64,000 nucleotides of DNA from the human T2T-CHM13v2.0 reference genome, Homo sapiens. Location of the stretch: the NCBI RefSeq assembly GCF_009914755.1, contig NC_060934.1; one strand, written 5' to 3'. Every line of letters begins with the position of its first letter. Within the stretch, counting starts at the first letter, position 1. Below the pieces are notes generated by a model. It was given only the letters and a program-made list of their open reading frames with translations. It searched no databases and was not told where the DNA came from. The position numbers and the translations under genes were made by a program. Shown here in pieces: positions 28,551 to 41,636 of this stretch.

Positions 28551-30129
28551 ATTTGATACCAAGAGTAGGGTGCTGTCATAACTAAAGCTTAATATATGGA
28601 AGCAGCTTTGGAATTGGGCAGTAGGCAGAAGCTAGAAGGACTCTGAAGTTAGTTAGTGAAGAAAGGTTGAAAGGCCTTGAAGAACCCAATTTTAAAAGCA
28701 TGATGGCTTTTGACATAGGTGTTAAAGGAAAGTGAGGAAAATATTTCTTTTTTTCAAAAGGGACGTCTCTTCATTTATTGAGGCCGCTTCAACATGTTTA
28801 CACACGCACACAAAACGCCTACACACAAAGTCAATGTCGTGATAATGCACTTCCATGAAGTCACATTAACAACAACAAAATGCATAAAATGAATTGGAGC
28901 TTTCCAAAAGTGGAAAAATCTTATTAAAAACTGGAGGAAAGGCCATCTTTGGTTATATGTTGGCAGAAAGTTTAGCAACACTGTCACCTGTGATAATGTG
29001 GGAGGTAGAATAAAGGACTAGATAATCTAGCTGAGGATATTTCCAGGCAAAGTGATACAGATGCAGCTAGTGATAAATAAGGATTCTTATTGCTGTTTAC
29101 AGTAAAATGTGAGAGGAGAGAGAGAATCTAAAGGAAGGGCCATTAAACATTAAAGGAGCTAGGACTCGTGTTTTTGGAACTTAGCCTCTCCTGAAGGCAA
29201 ACAATGCTAAGATAAAGAAATGGCTTCCAGGTAAAAATCACATTCAGGGTGCTCATGGGCAAGTACTACCTCCAGATAAATTTAGGAGTATTACTGTAAA
29301 GTCCTCTGTTTAGACCCCAGAAAGATATAACGTGGTGCCTCGGAGAATTGTTCAATCCAATAGTAGAGCTTCCAAGAAGCTTAGGGGAATTGTCCCTTAG
29401 CAGAAGCTCAAGGTAGAAAAGGATTTATCCTGAAGATATCTGTGGCTATGGCTTTTGTATAATGGAATGAATGTTCAATTAGATTTGCAGGAGACCCCCA
29501 CATTTTTAAAAAGAAGTATATTAGCATAAATACCACCAGTTTGGACTGCAAGGGAGAGAGAAAATAGAAAACAAAAAGTAAACATTGGACCCACAAATGC
29601 TGACTGGAAGCAGGCTGAGAAATTTTTGCAGCTGCAAACATGGTTACCATTTATGAAAATGAAAGTACGATTCAGAAGGCAGAACCAGAGTTCAGAGGAC
29701 AGAGCCAAGAGCCAAGGCAGGAATGGGACTGAGTCCTAATTTTAAAAAAATCTACGGCTTGCCTGGCTGGATTTTAAAATTAGTATGGCAAATCCTCCAT
29801 GCCTTCCAATTTCCCTTTTTGAGCAAGTATCAATAGCAATTATTTTATGCCCACCCCACCATTGTACATTGGATGTGTGAGGGTCGGGTAACTTTTCTCT
29901 TTGGTGCACAGGTCTCCAATCGAAAGAATCAGAAGGGAGTGCATTTGAGAAGCCGTATTTCAGGAATTGCATCCAATGAGCCCCATTCAATCTAGACTTG
30001 ACTTAGGGGAAAACATTCTGGACATAGCTAATGATATAAGGGAATGGATCTTTGAGGGGGTCTTGGGGAGGGGTGAGTATATTTTGCCTGTGGAAGAAAT
30101 GTAAATCATTTGTGGCCAGAAGGCAGGCT
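28551..30129 (+). mobile_element. MaLR/ERVL internal sequence (MLT1-int-like)
   Basis: Starts 'atttgataccaagagtagggtgctgtc...ggaagcagctttggaattgggcag'; ends 'ttggggaggggtgagtatattttgcctgtgg...gtggccagaaggcaggcta'. Confidence 0.7.
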
Positions 30130-30694
30130 ATGCTGGATTTAAAATATATCCACAAATTCTTTGACACACTTCCTTCAAGATGTGCAGCTTCATTCCCCTC
30201 CCTTTGAATATGGACTGGACTTAGTGGTTTCATTTTAATGAACAGAATAAGGCAGAAATGACAGTGTGTGACTTTTAAGCCTAAGTCATAAAAACCATTG
30301 CAGCTTCACTCTTGTTCTCTCTCTCAGATCACTCATTCCTGGAGAAGCTGGCTGCCATGTCATGAGAATGTCTAAGCAATCCTATGGAGTGCCTTACATG
30401 GTGAGGAACTGAGGCTGCTTTCTGACAGCCAGAAAAGAATGAGTCCTCCTCAGCCAACAGCCATGAAAATGAACCATCTTGGAATTGCAAACTGCAGCCC
30501 CAGAGAAGCCTGCAGATCAGTGCTTCCCCAGCCAACACCTTGACTGCAGCCTTGTAAGAAACTCGGAGGTCGAACTACCCACCTGTGTTGCTTCTGAATC
30601 CCAGACCCACAAAAGCTGTGAGCCAGTAAATGCTTCTTGTTCAAAGCCACTAAGTTTTGGGGTAATTCATCATAAAGCAATGGATAACTAATGT
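30130..30694 (+). mobile_element. MLT1F/G-type MaLR LTR
   Basis: 'ccacaaattctttgacacacttcc', 'ggtgaggaactgagg', 'aagccactaagttttggggtaatt...agcaatggataactaat'. Confidence 0.8.
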
Positions 30695-32034
30695 AGCTCT
30701 GTTATATCAGAAAAATAAATTGGGACAGTTTCCATATTTTTTATGACATGGAATGGCTAAAATCACATAGAAATGGTCAATTTCTTGGGAGTTTGATAGG
30801 ACTCACTCACAAATCCATTTGGAACAGGAAGTTTTTTAAATTTTATTTTGAAAGTAGATCCTTGATAGACATAAAATTTTCTCTTTGGCTTGTTTGAGTT
30901 TTCACTGTAAGAGCTCCTTGATATATTTAAAATGACTTTGGCTTATTTGACTTTCAACCTCATTTTAAATTGATCTTGGTTTATTTATGCTTTCCTAGGA
31001 AAGGCATGCATTTCATTCAAACTTTAAAATGTCTTTTCAGAGAGTTGTTTATACCCTACCTTTAAAATTATTATATTTGTGTCTATATCCTTTTGTCATT
31101 CATAATGATGTGCTTTTGTTGGAAATAATTCTTCTTGATTAGATTTTCCAGAGATTATCTTTTTATTCTCTTTTTAATAGAAACATTGGTTGGACTCATT
31201 AATGTTTGCATCTTCTTTGTATATTCCAGTTCCATTATTTTCTCTTTTATTTTGATTAATTGTGTTATCACAGCTTCCTCAGGTTTCTCTCTCTCTTTCT
31301 TAAGTCTTTGGTTGAAAGATAAGCCTATTTTTAATTTTTTTGATTTAATAATTAAAAAGCAAATGAGAGCGTGACCTCATCTAAATAAGGTTTTTACATT
31401 TGAAGTTTCCAGTATCATTATTGTATAAATACTCTGCAATGGCAATTTGTTATTTTTTAAATTGATAAAAGCTACATCCATTTATCATGTACAACGTGAT
31501 GTTTTGAAATATGTATACATTGTGGAATGGCTAAATTGAGCTAATTAACATATGCATTACCTCACATACTGTTTCTCGGGGGTGAGAACACAAAATCTAC
31601 TCTTTTAGCAATTGTCAAGAATATATTATTAAGCATAGTCACCATTCTCTACAATAGATCTGTGGAACTTATTTCTCCTCACTGAAATTTTGTACCCTTT
31701 GACCAACACCTCCCAATGCCCCCACCTCCAGCCCCTACTGATCACCATTCAGCCCGCCACTCTCATGACTTCACTTTTTTAGATTCCACTTTTAAGTGAG
31801 ATCATGTGGTATTTGTCTTTCTGTGCTTGGCTATTTCATTTAACAAAATGTCCTCCTGGTTCATCCAGGTTGTCACAAATGACAGGATTTCCTTCTTTTT
31901 GAGGCTGAATAGTATTCCATTATGTACATATACTCCATTTTCTTTATATATTCCTTTGTTTTTTTTTTCCTTCCAACATTTTTTATTGCATTAAAATACA
32001 TATAACATGAAATTTACCGTCTTTTTAAAAAATG

Positions 32035-32610
32035 TTACTTTAAGTTCTGGGATACATGTGCTGAATGTGCAGGTTTGTTACACAGGTATACATGTGCCAT
32101 GGTGGTTTGCTGCACCTGTCAACCCTTCATCTAGGTTTTAGCCCCAAATGCATTAGGTATTTGTCCTAATGCTCTCCCTCCCATCGCGCCCCACCCCTCA
32201 ACAGGCCCCAGTGTGTGGTTTCCCTCCCTGTGTCCATGTGTTCTCATTGTTTAACTCCCACTTATGAGTGAAAATGTGTGGTGCTTGCTTTTCTGTTCTT
32301 GTGTTAGTTTGCTAAGGATGATGGTTTCCAGCTTCATCCATGTCCCTGTGAAGGACATTAACTCATTCTTTTTTATGGCTGCATAGTATTCCATGGTGTA
32401 CATGTGCCATATTTTCTTTATCCAGCCTATTATTGATGGGCATTTGGGTTGGTTCCAAGTCTTTGCTATTGTAAATAGTGCTACAATAAACATACATGTG
32501 CATGTGTCTTTATAGTAGAATGATTTATAATCCTTTCGGTATATACCCAGTAGGGGATTGCTGGGTCAAATGGTATTTCTGGTTCTAGATCCTTGAAGAA
32601 TTGCAACACA
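32035..32610 (-). mobile_element. 5'-truncated L1PA7/8 3' end
   Basis: Minus-strand ORF2 end MFIVALFTIAKTWNQPKC...; 3' UTR 'aaaacctagatgaagggttgacaggtgcagcaaaccaccatggc'. Confidence 0.9.
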
Positions 32611-33242
32611 ATATATTCATTTGTTGATGGGCACTTAGTTTAATTCCATTTCTTGGCTATTGTGAAGCATGCTGGAATTCACATGGGAGTGCAGATATCT
32701 CTTCGACATACTGATTTAATTCTCTTTAGATATATACCCAGTAGTAGGATTGATGGACCATATAGTGTCCTATTTTTAATTTTTGAGGAATCTGCACACT
32801 GATTTCTGCATGACTGTACTAATTTACTTTCCCACGTACAGTGTATGAGTTCCCTTTCCTCCACATCCTCACCAGCACCTGTTATCTTGCATCTGTTTGA
32901 TATTAGCCATTCAAATAGATGTGAGATGCTATCTGATTGTGCTTTTCATTTGCATTTCTGTAATGATGAGTGATACTGGGCATGTTTTCATATACTGGCT
33001 GGCCATTTGTATGTCTTCTTTTGAGAAATGTCTATCTGGCCCTCTGCCTTTTTTTGAAATCAAGTTGTGTGTTTTCTTGCTATTGAGTTGTTTGAGTTCC
33101 TTATATATTTTGGATATTAGCCCCCCATTAGACATAGGATTTGCAAATATTATCTTCCATTCCATAGGTTGTCTCTTCACTCTGTTGATTGTTTCCTTGC
33201 CTGTGTAGAAACTTTCTAGTTTGATGTAATCCCACTCGTCTA

Positions 33243-33570
33243 CAATAGTCCGTGCTTATCGATGAGGATACGTTTTAAGACCCCAGGTGGATGCCTGAAA
33301 TCTCAGAGAATACCCAACCCTATAAATACTACATTTTTTCCTACACATACAATCCTATGGTGAAGTTTAATTTATGCATTGTGCACAGTAAGAGCTTAAC
33401 AACAGTAACTAACAAAATAGAACAATCATAACAATATGTTATCATAAAAGTTATGTGAATGTAGTCGCTCTCTCTCTCCCTCTCTATATATCTCACTCAA
33501 AATATTGCACTGCACTGAAACTGTAACTAAAACTGCAGAACGCAAAACCATGGATGAGGGAGGACGACTG
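33243..33570 (-). mobile_element. MER44 (Tigger-family MITE)
   Basis: Degenerate terminal inverted repeats 'caatagtccgtgcttatc' and 'ggatgagggaggacgactg'; TA at the left flank. Confidence 0.75.
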
Positions 33571-34149
33571 CATTTTCACTTTTGTTGCCTGTGCTTTTGG
33601 GGTCATATCCAAAAAAGTCATTGCACAGATTAACATCATGGAGCTTCCCCGTTATGTTTTCTAGTCGTTTTGCAGTTTCAGGTCTTATGTTTAATTCTTT
33701 AATCCATTTTCAGTGGATTTTTGTATACGGTGTGAGATAAGGATCTAATTTCATTTTTCTGCATGTGGCTATCCAGTTGCCCCAACAGCATTCCTTGAAA
33801 AAACTGTCCTTTCCCCACTGTGTGTTTTTGTAACTGCAATTTTGATTTTTTCTTGTGTCAAGTGTTATCTATAAGATTGAAATGTTTTACTTCTCAATGG
33901 TTGAATTTTCATCATCCATTTTTATGTGGTCTGAGAAAGTGATCTAAACACTCTTAACTTTTAAAAATATTTTAAATTTTTGCACATGGCCCAGGGATAT
34001 TTCAAGATAATATGTATTATCTAGAGTGCAAAGTTTTATATATTTCTATATATTTGTGTGTGTTTAGATATACATAAGCATGTGAATAAATATAAATATA
34101 TAAAGCTATAGATATTATATATATAGTCACCCTGTCCCTTCTGCCCCAA

Positions 34150-34445
34150 ACATCCCCTCTCTACTTGGCATACTTCTAGTCTTCCTTCAGAAACACAATC
34201 AAACATCATCTCTTCTGCAAAGCTTTTTCTGACTCTCAGCCACAGGATACCATTTTCTCAAATCATCTCTGGGTCGTCAGAATACTTAGTTATTTTGCTG
34301 TGATTGGAGTGATCCCATCCTATGCTAGTCAGTGTCCGTCTTTCTCCTTGAGGGCAGGCTATGTCTCTCTCCGTTCTGCATTTTCAGGGATTAGCACTGC
34401 ACTGGGCATCAAGTAGGAACTTGGTAAATGTTTGTTGAGTAATAT
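34150..34445 (+). mobile_element. L2 3' end
   Basis: 'aaacatcatctcttctgcaaagc', 'ttgagggcaggc', terminal 'gtaaatgtttgttgagtaa'. Confidence 0.6.
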
Positions 34446-37400
34446 ATTTCCAAGGTCAATGACTCTAGTGTCCGTTGGGCACACATTTTCTTTGTGAAAT
34501 GTTATATTATATTAAAAACATGCAGATTAGCTAACTTTTCATTTAAAGCATAATATTACCCTTGTGTTAAAATTCAGAGCTTGTAGCAGATTCATTGTTA
34601 TCAACCCTTTTTCAACTTTAGTCTCGGCAAGCTTCATTATTCCAGTCTGACAATCCAGTCTGATATTTGGAGATTAGAAAGACATCCCCTGCCTGTCCCT
34701 AATTACCTGGTTATGCAGGTAGCAGACTAGGAGAATTGCTGCTGACTTTGAAGGTCCTGTGGACAGTGACTTTAAAATCCTCAGAATGTTCAGAACTATT
34801 TACCCAATGCTTGCCTAGTGGCATTAATGCTGTTCCATATGGTATATGCAAGTTATTTTCATTTTTTAAAATAGCTTTTATTTTTAAAGCAATTTTAGAT
34901 TCACAGCAAAATTGGGCAAAAGGTACAGAGAGTTTCCATATACCCCCAGTTCCCATGGGCAAGATATTTTCTAAGAAAGAATATTTACCATTTTCTTCAA
35001 TGTTGTAAGAGGACAATTCTTTTTATACATTTATATTCAGGGGCTTAGGTTGTAACATTTTCTTCTTGATGCTACTCAGGCATTTTCAAGGGCTTTTAAC
35101 ATGCAGAGTTTCTTTTTGTTTGTTTCAATTTACACATGGTCCATGGATCAAAGCAAGGCTGTTGTCATCCTGCCACTTCCCTGAATGCTCATTGGGTCAT
35201 CTCTGTCATGGACGGAAAGGCACAATTGGAGGTAATGTATACAGAAAGTGTCTAATTATTGCTTGAACCCTGACCTGAGAGCTTTCTTTCTGCAAAAGAG
35301 AAGTGGCTAACACTTTGGCGGAATGATCATATTCTCATGTTCCTATCCCAGGCTCACGTGTGAGATAATGACATTTATAGGTGAAAGAAAATGTTTCAGT
35401 TTACTTCCTTGTGCAATTAAAGTGATGTTGAGACATATAATCCTCTCTCTCTGACAAAGATTACTGTCCAAAGAATACAATGTAATCAACAGGCGGCTGG
35501 ACACTCATATTTTTTCTTCTAGCAGTTTATAATGGACACAGCTATGCCCTCTACAGAATGTCAGAGGTGAGTTTTGATTAAAAAAAGTAGATCAACTAAC
35601 AATAATTTTGGAGTGTTTTGATCAATGATGGAAAGTTAAGTGTTTTAAAAATGTTTCCCTAAAAGGAACTTTATTTCCTATCTTTTTTTTAATGTGGTTT
35701 TATCATTTCTTTCACTTTCATAGGTCAATAGGCACGAACAATCTCACAGTGCTCTGTCCTATTATATGAAGATGACTTCTAAATGTCCTAAATATTATGC
35801 TCCCATCCACAGACATGAGCGGCTGTTCTTGATAAGTTCGGTGGAGTGCATCATTCTCCCAGAAGCTCTCCAGGGAAAATGGAGGAACTTCCCCATAAGA
35901 GGCTACTTTGAACAATTTCTTCAAACTCCTTCACCAGAAAATGTTCCCAGTGCAACAGAAAGAGGTTAAAATGGTTCATAAATTTGTAACAAATCTGTTG
36001 ACAATAAAGTAATTCTTGTCAGACCAGAACAGTTAAGAGATAATGAAAAAATAGCGTGCCCTCTTCAACTGTTTCCTGGTAGCTAAGTATTTTTTTTTTA
36101 GCAAGTTTGTTTTAATTCTTTCCTCTGATAATTTAGGTAGCTTGAGCTTGAACTAATTAAAACAAACATGGAAACAAGGATGGAATAGCCTGACAAAAAG
36201 ATGTATTCCATTTGTATTTTAAATGCCAGCTGAAAGGCTGTGTGTTAAAGCATTCTTCTTTTTTCGTTGTTTTTGTTCTACATCATTAAAGATTTCTATT
36301 GTCAGAAAGATTATAGATTAAACTGTCCCTCCAAAAGAGACATTTGGTTATGTATTGTCTTAGAAGAAGGGTGAACTATTCTCAACCTTTCTCTATCTTG
36401 GTGAACAAGTTATTTCTTTTGGGTTTACAGCTTTTAAGGCTTCTTTGTTGATGGAAGAGGCAAGACAAGTATTTTCAGAAGCACACATGGAGTTTGGAGA
36501 AGCAATGAACATGTATTGTGCCACTACTAGACATCAGTTCCTTCCCGGAAGTTGGTAATCATCACCCCACCTGATTGTCACCCTCACACTTGGAGCTGGA
36601 GGTACGACCTTCAGTTAATGAACGGAGTTAGGGCAAGACCTGAAGGGGCTGAGGAATTTTCTCAAGGTCATAACACCTATAAGTGGAAGGCATCTCTGGG
36701 TTTTCTATGTAGCCTGGAAAATCTTGTGTGTTTACATAGTCAGTGTTCTCCCATTTTCTGCAAAGCTGTGCCCACTACATCCTCCTTCCCTTCCACTCTC
36801 TGTACCCCATGAAGGGACATTGCTTGTTACCCCCAGTACCCACAGCATGGAAACAAGGGATTGGACAGATGAGACGTTCCACTCTCCTTTACTGAAGGTT
36901 TTGGTGGTTTATTCAGATCTAAACCCATAGAGTGTGGAGCTCATTAGACCAGGGAAGCAAGAACTTCTATGGGGCTACGTCTCTGCTCTGCTCAGCCCTC
37001 CAGGGAAGCAGGAGCCTTGTTCTTGACTCTGTATTCACCACTGGGGCCACACCCTCCAGCACGCAGGGAGAGCCCCCATTGTCCCTCAGTTCTGCCACGT
37101 CTACCCCTTCACGACCAACCACACCTGATGCCTTCGCTTCAGCTGAGTGCAGATGGGCTTTTCCCTCCCTCATCCAGTAAGATCCCTATGCTGAGCTCAC
37201 TGATGGCACATCTTTAATTATATCCATGGGCAATATTTGGTCCTTGGTTTCACCTCTGCCTAGCACTCCATGCGGTTCACCTTCCCTTTGAGGGACCTCA
37301 TCTTCCCTCGCACCTCACCGATAGCTTCTCCTAGTACCTTCGTGGAATTTGCCTGTGCTTGTCCCACATCTCGGCTGATGGCTCCTCTTACTCCGTGTCT

Positions 37401-38009
37401 GACCCAGACATTTCTCCTGAGTTTAAGGCGCGTATATTCAACCACCCAGGTAAGGTGACACGAGGATGTCCCCTGGGCCCTCAGTGTCCCCGTGTCTGTG
37501 CTGGCTGCTCTCTGCCTGGCTCTCCCCCATCTCCACCCTGCTCCGTGCCCGGGCAGTGACCCTTGTGGACTGCACCATGGGCCCCTCACCCTTGGGCTTC
37601 CACAGGAGACTTGGAGAGCCCAGGCAGAGTTGGGGGCTCTCTCCCTCCCTGTGGGGCTGGGGATTGACTTTGTGTCCCCTTCTGCACAGCTGCTCCCTCT
37701 GACTCAGTAACGGATGCTCCCTTCACCTTCAGGCCTGGAGGATGTGCTGGCCTCCTGCCCCCATTTTCCAGCAGCTTCATTGTCCCTGGTTGCCCCTTCA
37801 TCCCTGCCCAGGCCAGTGCCATTGGTGCCTTTGCTACCCTCCCCTGGGTTCCCTGACAGGTGTGCCCTCTGCTTCTGTGGCCAGTGTGATGATCCCCCTG
37901 TGTCTCTGCCTGCTCTTGCCCACCTTCCCCCTTGTCCACTCCCTGTTCATCCCTGTTTCTGAGTTTAGTGACTGGCCCCTCACCACCCAGTTGCCCCAGC
38001 CAGGGCACT

Positions 38010-38560
38010 GTGACCCTTCCTTGACGTTTCTCTCTCCCTCACCACCAGGATTCACCCCATTCAAGCTTCCAACCTCTGTTCTTGGGCTCTCCATCCTCAC
38101 GGCCACAATCCTTGTCTAGACCACTGTTATCTTCCAGCAGGACATCACCTGGTCTTCCTCCCTCCCCTGCCTCTGTGCCCTTCAATGACTCTCCACACTG
38201 CAGTCAGGACAAGTCTTTCTAGAATTCAAGCCTGATTGTGTCAGTGCCCAGTAAACCTGTGTTGAATTCCCACTGGAGAAACCCCTCATGTGCCTTCTAC
38301 ATCCCTGACGTCCCTGCCGGCACTTTCTCCCCTGTGCTCACTCCAGCCATGCTGAAATGGCCTCCAACGCACCATGCCTCCTCACTCTGACTCCTACATG
38401 AGCTATTTCCATGTAATTGTAATTGTGTGGAACTGTAATCCACCTGGCTAACACTGATCCTTCAGATAGTCATCGCAGACATCACTTCTTCCAGGACGCC
38501 TCCCCTCCTGCCCCCATAGCTGCTATTCTCGTGCTCCTATGGCGTTCCACATACCGTCCC
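38010..38560 (+). mobile_element. L2 fragments
   Basis: 'ctccatcctcacggccacaatccttgtctagaccac', 'ctccacactgcagtcag', 'catcacttcttccagga'. Confidence 0.55.
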
Positions 38561-38711
38561 CCTCCTCATCATTAACAGCTGTGACTTCCCAGACACGATG
38601 TGGCAAGAGTTGCACTAAGTACTCTGCATGAATTACCCTTTAATCATCACAACATCTCTAAGAGCTGGTGTGGCAGCTGTACACTAGATGCAGCCCATTT
38701 TCTCATCTAGA

Positions 38712-38920
38712 GCATGGATTGGCAAACTTTTCCTGAATGTATTTTCAGCTTTTTGGGTCTCAGGGTTTCTCTTGCAACGATTCAACTCTGCCAGTGCAGC
38801 CTGGAGGCTGCCCGGGACCATACGTAAATAAATGAGCCTGGCTGTGTGCCAAGAAAGTTATTACTCAACGAGGTGGCAGGCCCAATTTGAGCTGGGGGCT
38901 GTCGCTGAGCCCTGCTCTAG
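38712..38920. mobile_element. MER58A
   Basis: 'attggcaaacttttcctg', 'gcaacgattcaactctgcc', 'aatgagcctggctgtgtgccaagaaagtta'. Confidence 0.7.
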
Positions 38921-41636
38921 ACTAGACTACAAGACTCATGAGGTTAGGGATGCTGCGTCTCCAGCATGGGGACCGGCACACAATGGTGCTTCAATACCAT
39001 TTCTCCTCCCACTGCCTCCAAGGACGGATTTGGGGTGGGATGAATATGAGGAAGAATCTAGGTGTTGGCAATTGCTGAGCAAGTTGACTTCTCTGCTCAA
39101 TATGCCATCATGTCCCTAAGAAAGTCTCCCTTTTGCTGAGCCCAAGTTTGCTCCACATGGCTCTTAGCCCTGGTCCTTCCTCTGCTTTTGGGAGCTGCAG
39201 ACAGAAGGTATGATTCATCTCCTGCGGGGATTCCTTCTTTGGGGTTCCGGCTCCTGCAGGCCCTTCTCGGATTAAGCCTCTCCCATCAGTCCCCATCCCC
39301 ATGGTGTCCAGACTGTCCTCATCCTCTCTCCCTCCTCTGCAGGCTCCCTACTGGCAATTTCCCCTTTAAAGGACACTCTCCCAGAGGGCAACAGAGCTCT
39401 CCAGACTCCTGGGATGCCATGGTCTAAACTCTGTCCAACCTTCTATGCAGTCCGGGCACTCCCAGCCTCTAAGAAGTCACTGCCTGGGCTCTAATGGGGT
39501 CACTTGTGGGCTCTACCAGGACCAGTGTCTTGGCAATTCCCAGGCCTTTCTTAGCAGAGCTGCTGCTTTGAAAGCAGGGCTTTCCCCACCACCCCATTTT
39601 TCTGAGATGTTTCTTAGTTCCATTGATTTTTTTTTTTAAATTCTACATGCAGAATCATGGCAGGATTTTCATCTTGGGGCGATATGGTGAAAACACTGTT
39701 AGGAAAATTCATTCAGCCCTGGATTCCAGGATGGATTGTTTAGGGGAGAAAGGGAGGCAGAGGGGAGATCTAAATGCAAGATCACACTTTCTTACTGAGT
39801 GGTGTTGAGATGATTTCTGCTTGAAAATATGGAAAACCATCTCATATTTCAGAAATTCTTATTGCAACATGAGAGGGGCTCCATTTAAAATCACCCTCAT
39901 CAGTCAAGGGCTCTGCCAAAATGCCAAAGCTTCCATGAAGCCTCGGTCACCACGAGACTCCATTGTCATTCCCTGTCTCCCCTAATACCTTTTCAGCCTC
40001 CTGTCACACACCCGCCAGCACCTGATTTGGGCTAGAGCTCATTAGATGTGTGGCTTTTGGACCTATGGGTCACTCTGAGTTCTTCAAGAATGGGACTTGT
40101 CCCAGCCCAGGGTCTCGGCCTTGCACAAGGTTGTGGACTTGCGTGGGCTCCGGTGAGTGATGGGACGCTGCCACAGGTAGAGAGCTTGTGGCTGGGACCA
40201 GCGGCAGCAGCCTGCCCCCTCTGTGCTCTGCTTCCCTGGGAGCAGCTCAGCACACCTGCTGTCCCAGCCCTCCTGCCTCTGTCCCTGGGCCCCATCCTGG
40301 CTCAGCCTCCCTGCTGGAGCTGCACTGCTGACCTTGGTGCTGAGTCTCCCGTGCACGTCACTGAGTAGTGGCCTCTGCAGGACCTCATCATCCCTGCTGC
40401 TCTTGCTCACGCTGAGTCATAAGACATAGGTCTTAAACCTCCTGGCATGAAGCTCTTAGCAAAATAATTTTGCAGAGGTGACTGCTCTGTGTTCCCAGCA
40501 TTAAATAACACAATCACGGAAGCTTCTCAAGGTTCTCCCTGCTTTTCAGTCTCTCAGCATGTGGCTTGAATTTTCCCAAATCGCCTCCATGGACAGGTTA
40601 ACTATGCCTGGAATGTGAAGCTTTGACAAACTTGTACACAATCAAACACCTGCTTGGCATGTGGGAGGGCTCAATAGAGGCAGGCTGAGTGAGTGAGTAA
40701 ATTAGTCGATGATCGAATGAATACTTTCTCCTGGTGACCTTTCTTTCGATAGTCATAACCGGACACAGAGTTGAGCAGCACTAAGCGCAGTGCATCAGTG
40801 TCGTTTCAACAATTTCCACATTCTTTCTAAGGGCTCCATTCTTTTCCTTGAAATCCATTCACTATATTTCCCATTTATTTTTTCTACTGATATTTCTGCT
40901 TCTCTGATGTCTCCTTGAACAATTGAGCTGCCAGATTAATTTTTCAGGAGTGCAACTTCCATCCCAGAATTATCAAATCACTCACTCAAAAACTTCTAAT
41001 GCCCCACTGCCTAGATGCTTGTCACAAACTCTGGGGCAGGTCTTTGAGGCACCTCAGTTTCCCCCAGGCTGCCTCTCTAGCCCTTCTCACACTGTTCCTT
41101 CCTCCTCTGTGCAGCTGCTTCTTTCCAGAAACTTCTCTCTGTTTTGTTGCCTCCAGACCACTACTATCCCCTTCAGCAATGAGGCACTCATTCCCCGAGC
41201 TGCTGCTGGGACAGCTCACACCTGAGCCCCTGCCCAGGCACACATGCTCCAGTGGCTGACCGACGCAGGGGTAAAAAGGTCTTGTCTCCTTGCCCTGCAG
41301 GTACCTCTGAAAGGCCCACCAGCTCTCAGTATGATGAGCTGAGGCCTAACCGCAGCTACTCAATTCTCCTTCTTCCACATCCTTCCAGGTGTTGGTCCTG
41401 AGTGTTCCCCCCAGTAAACCTCCCGAGCAAATCTCAGTCTCTCATCCGATTCCCCTGAGGCCTGAACTGCTGTGTAATATTTCACTGCATGGCTGCACCA
41501 CATGTCATTAAACAGTGCCCTCCTTAGGCGCATTCAGCTTATTTTCAGCCTTTGACTATTTTAAATGTTGTTGAAAGTAACATCTTGACCACACATCTTT
41601 GAACAAACTTCTGATGACTTCCTCGGAATAGCATAA

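Larger units (their letters stand above)
31455..33830 (-). mobile_element. L1MA-type element hosting nested L1PA7/8 and MER44 insertions
   Basis: Antisense L1MA 3' UTR ('gagctaattaacatatgcattacctcacatac'); ORF2-like peptide KRQPMEW...[11 protein letters not shown] on the minus strand (32929-33180). Confidence 0.85.
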
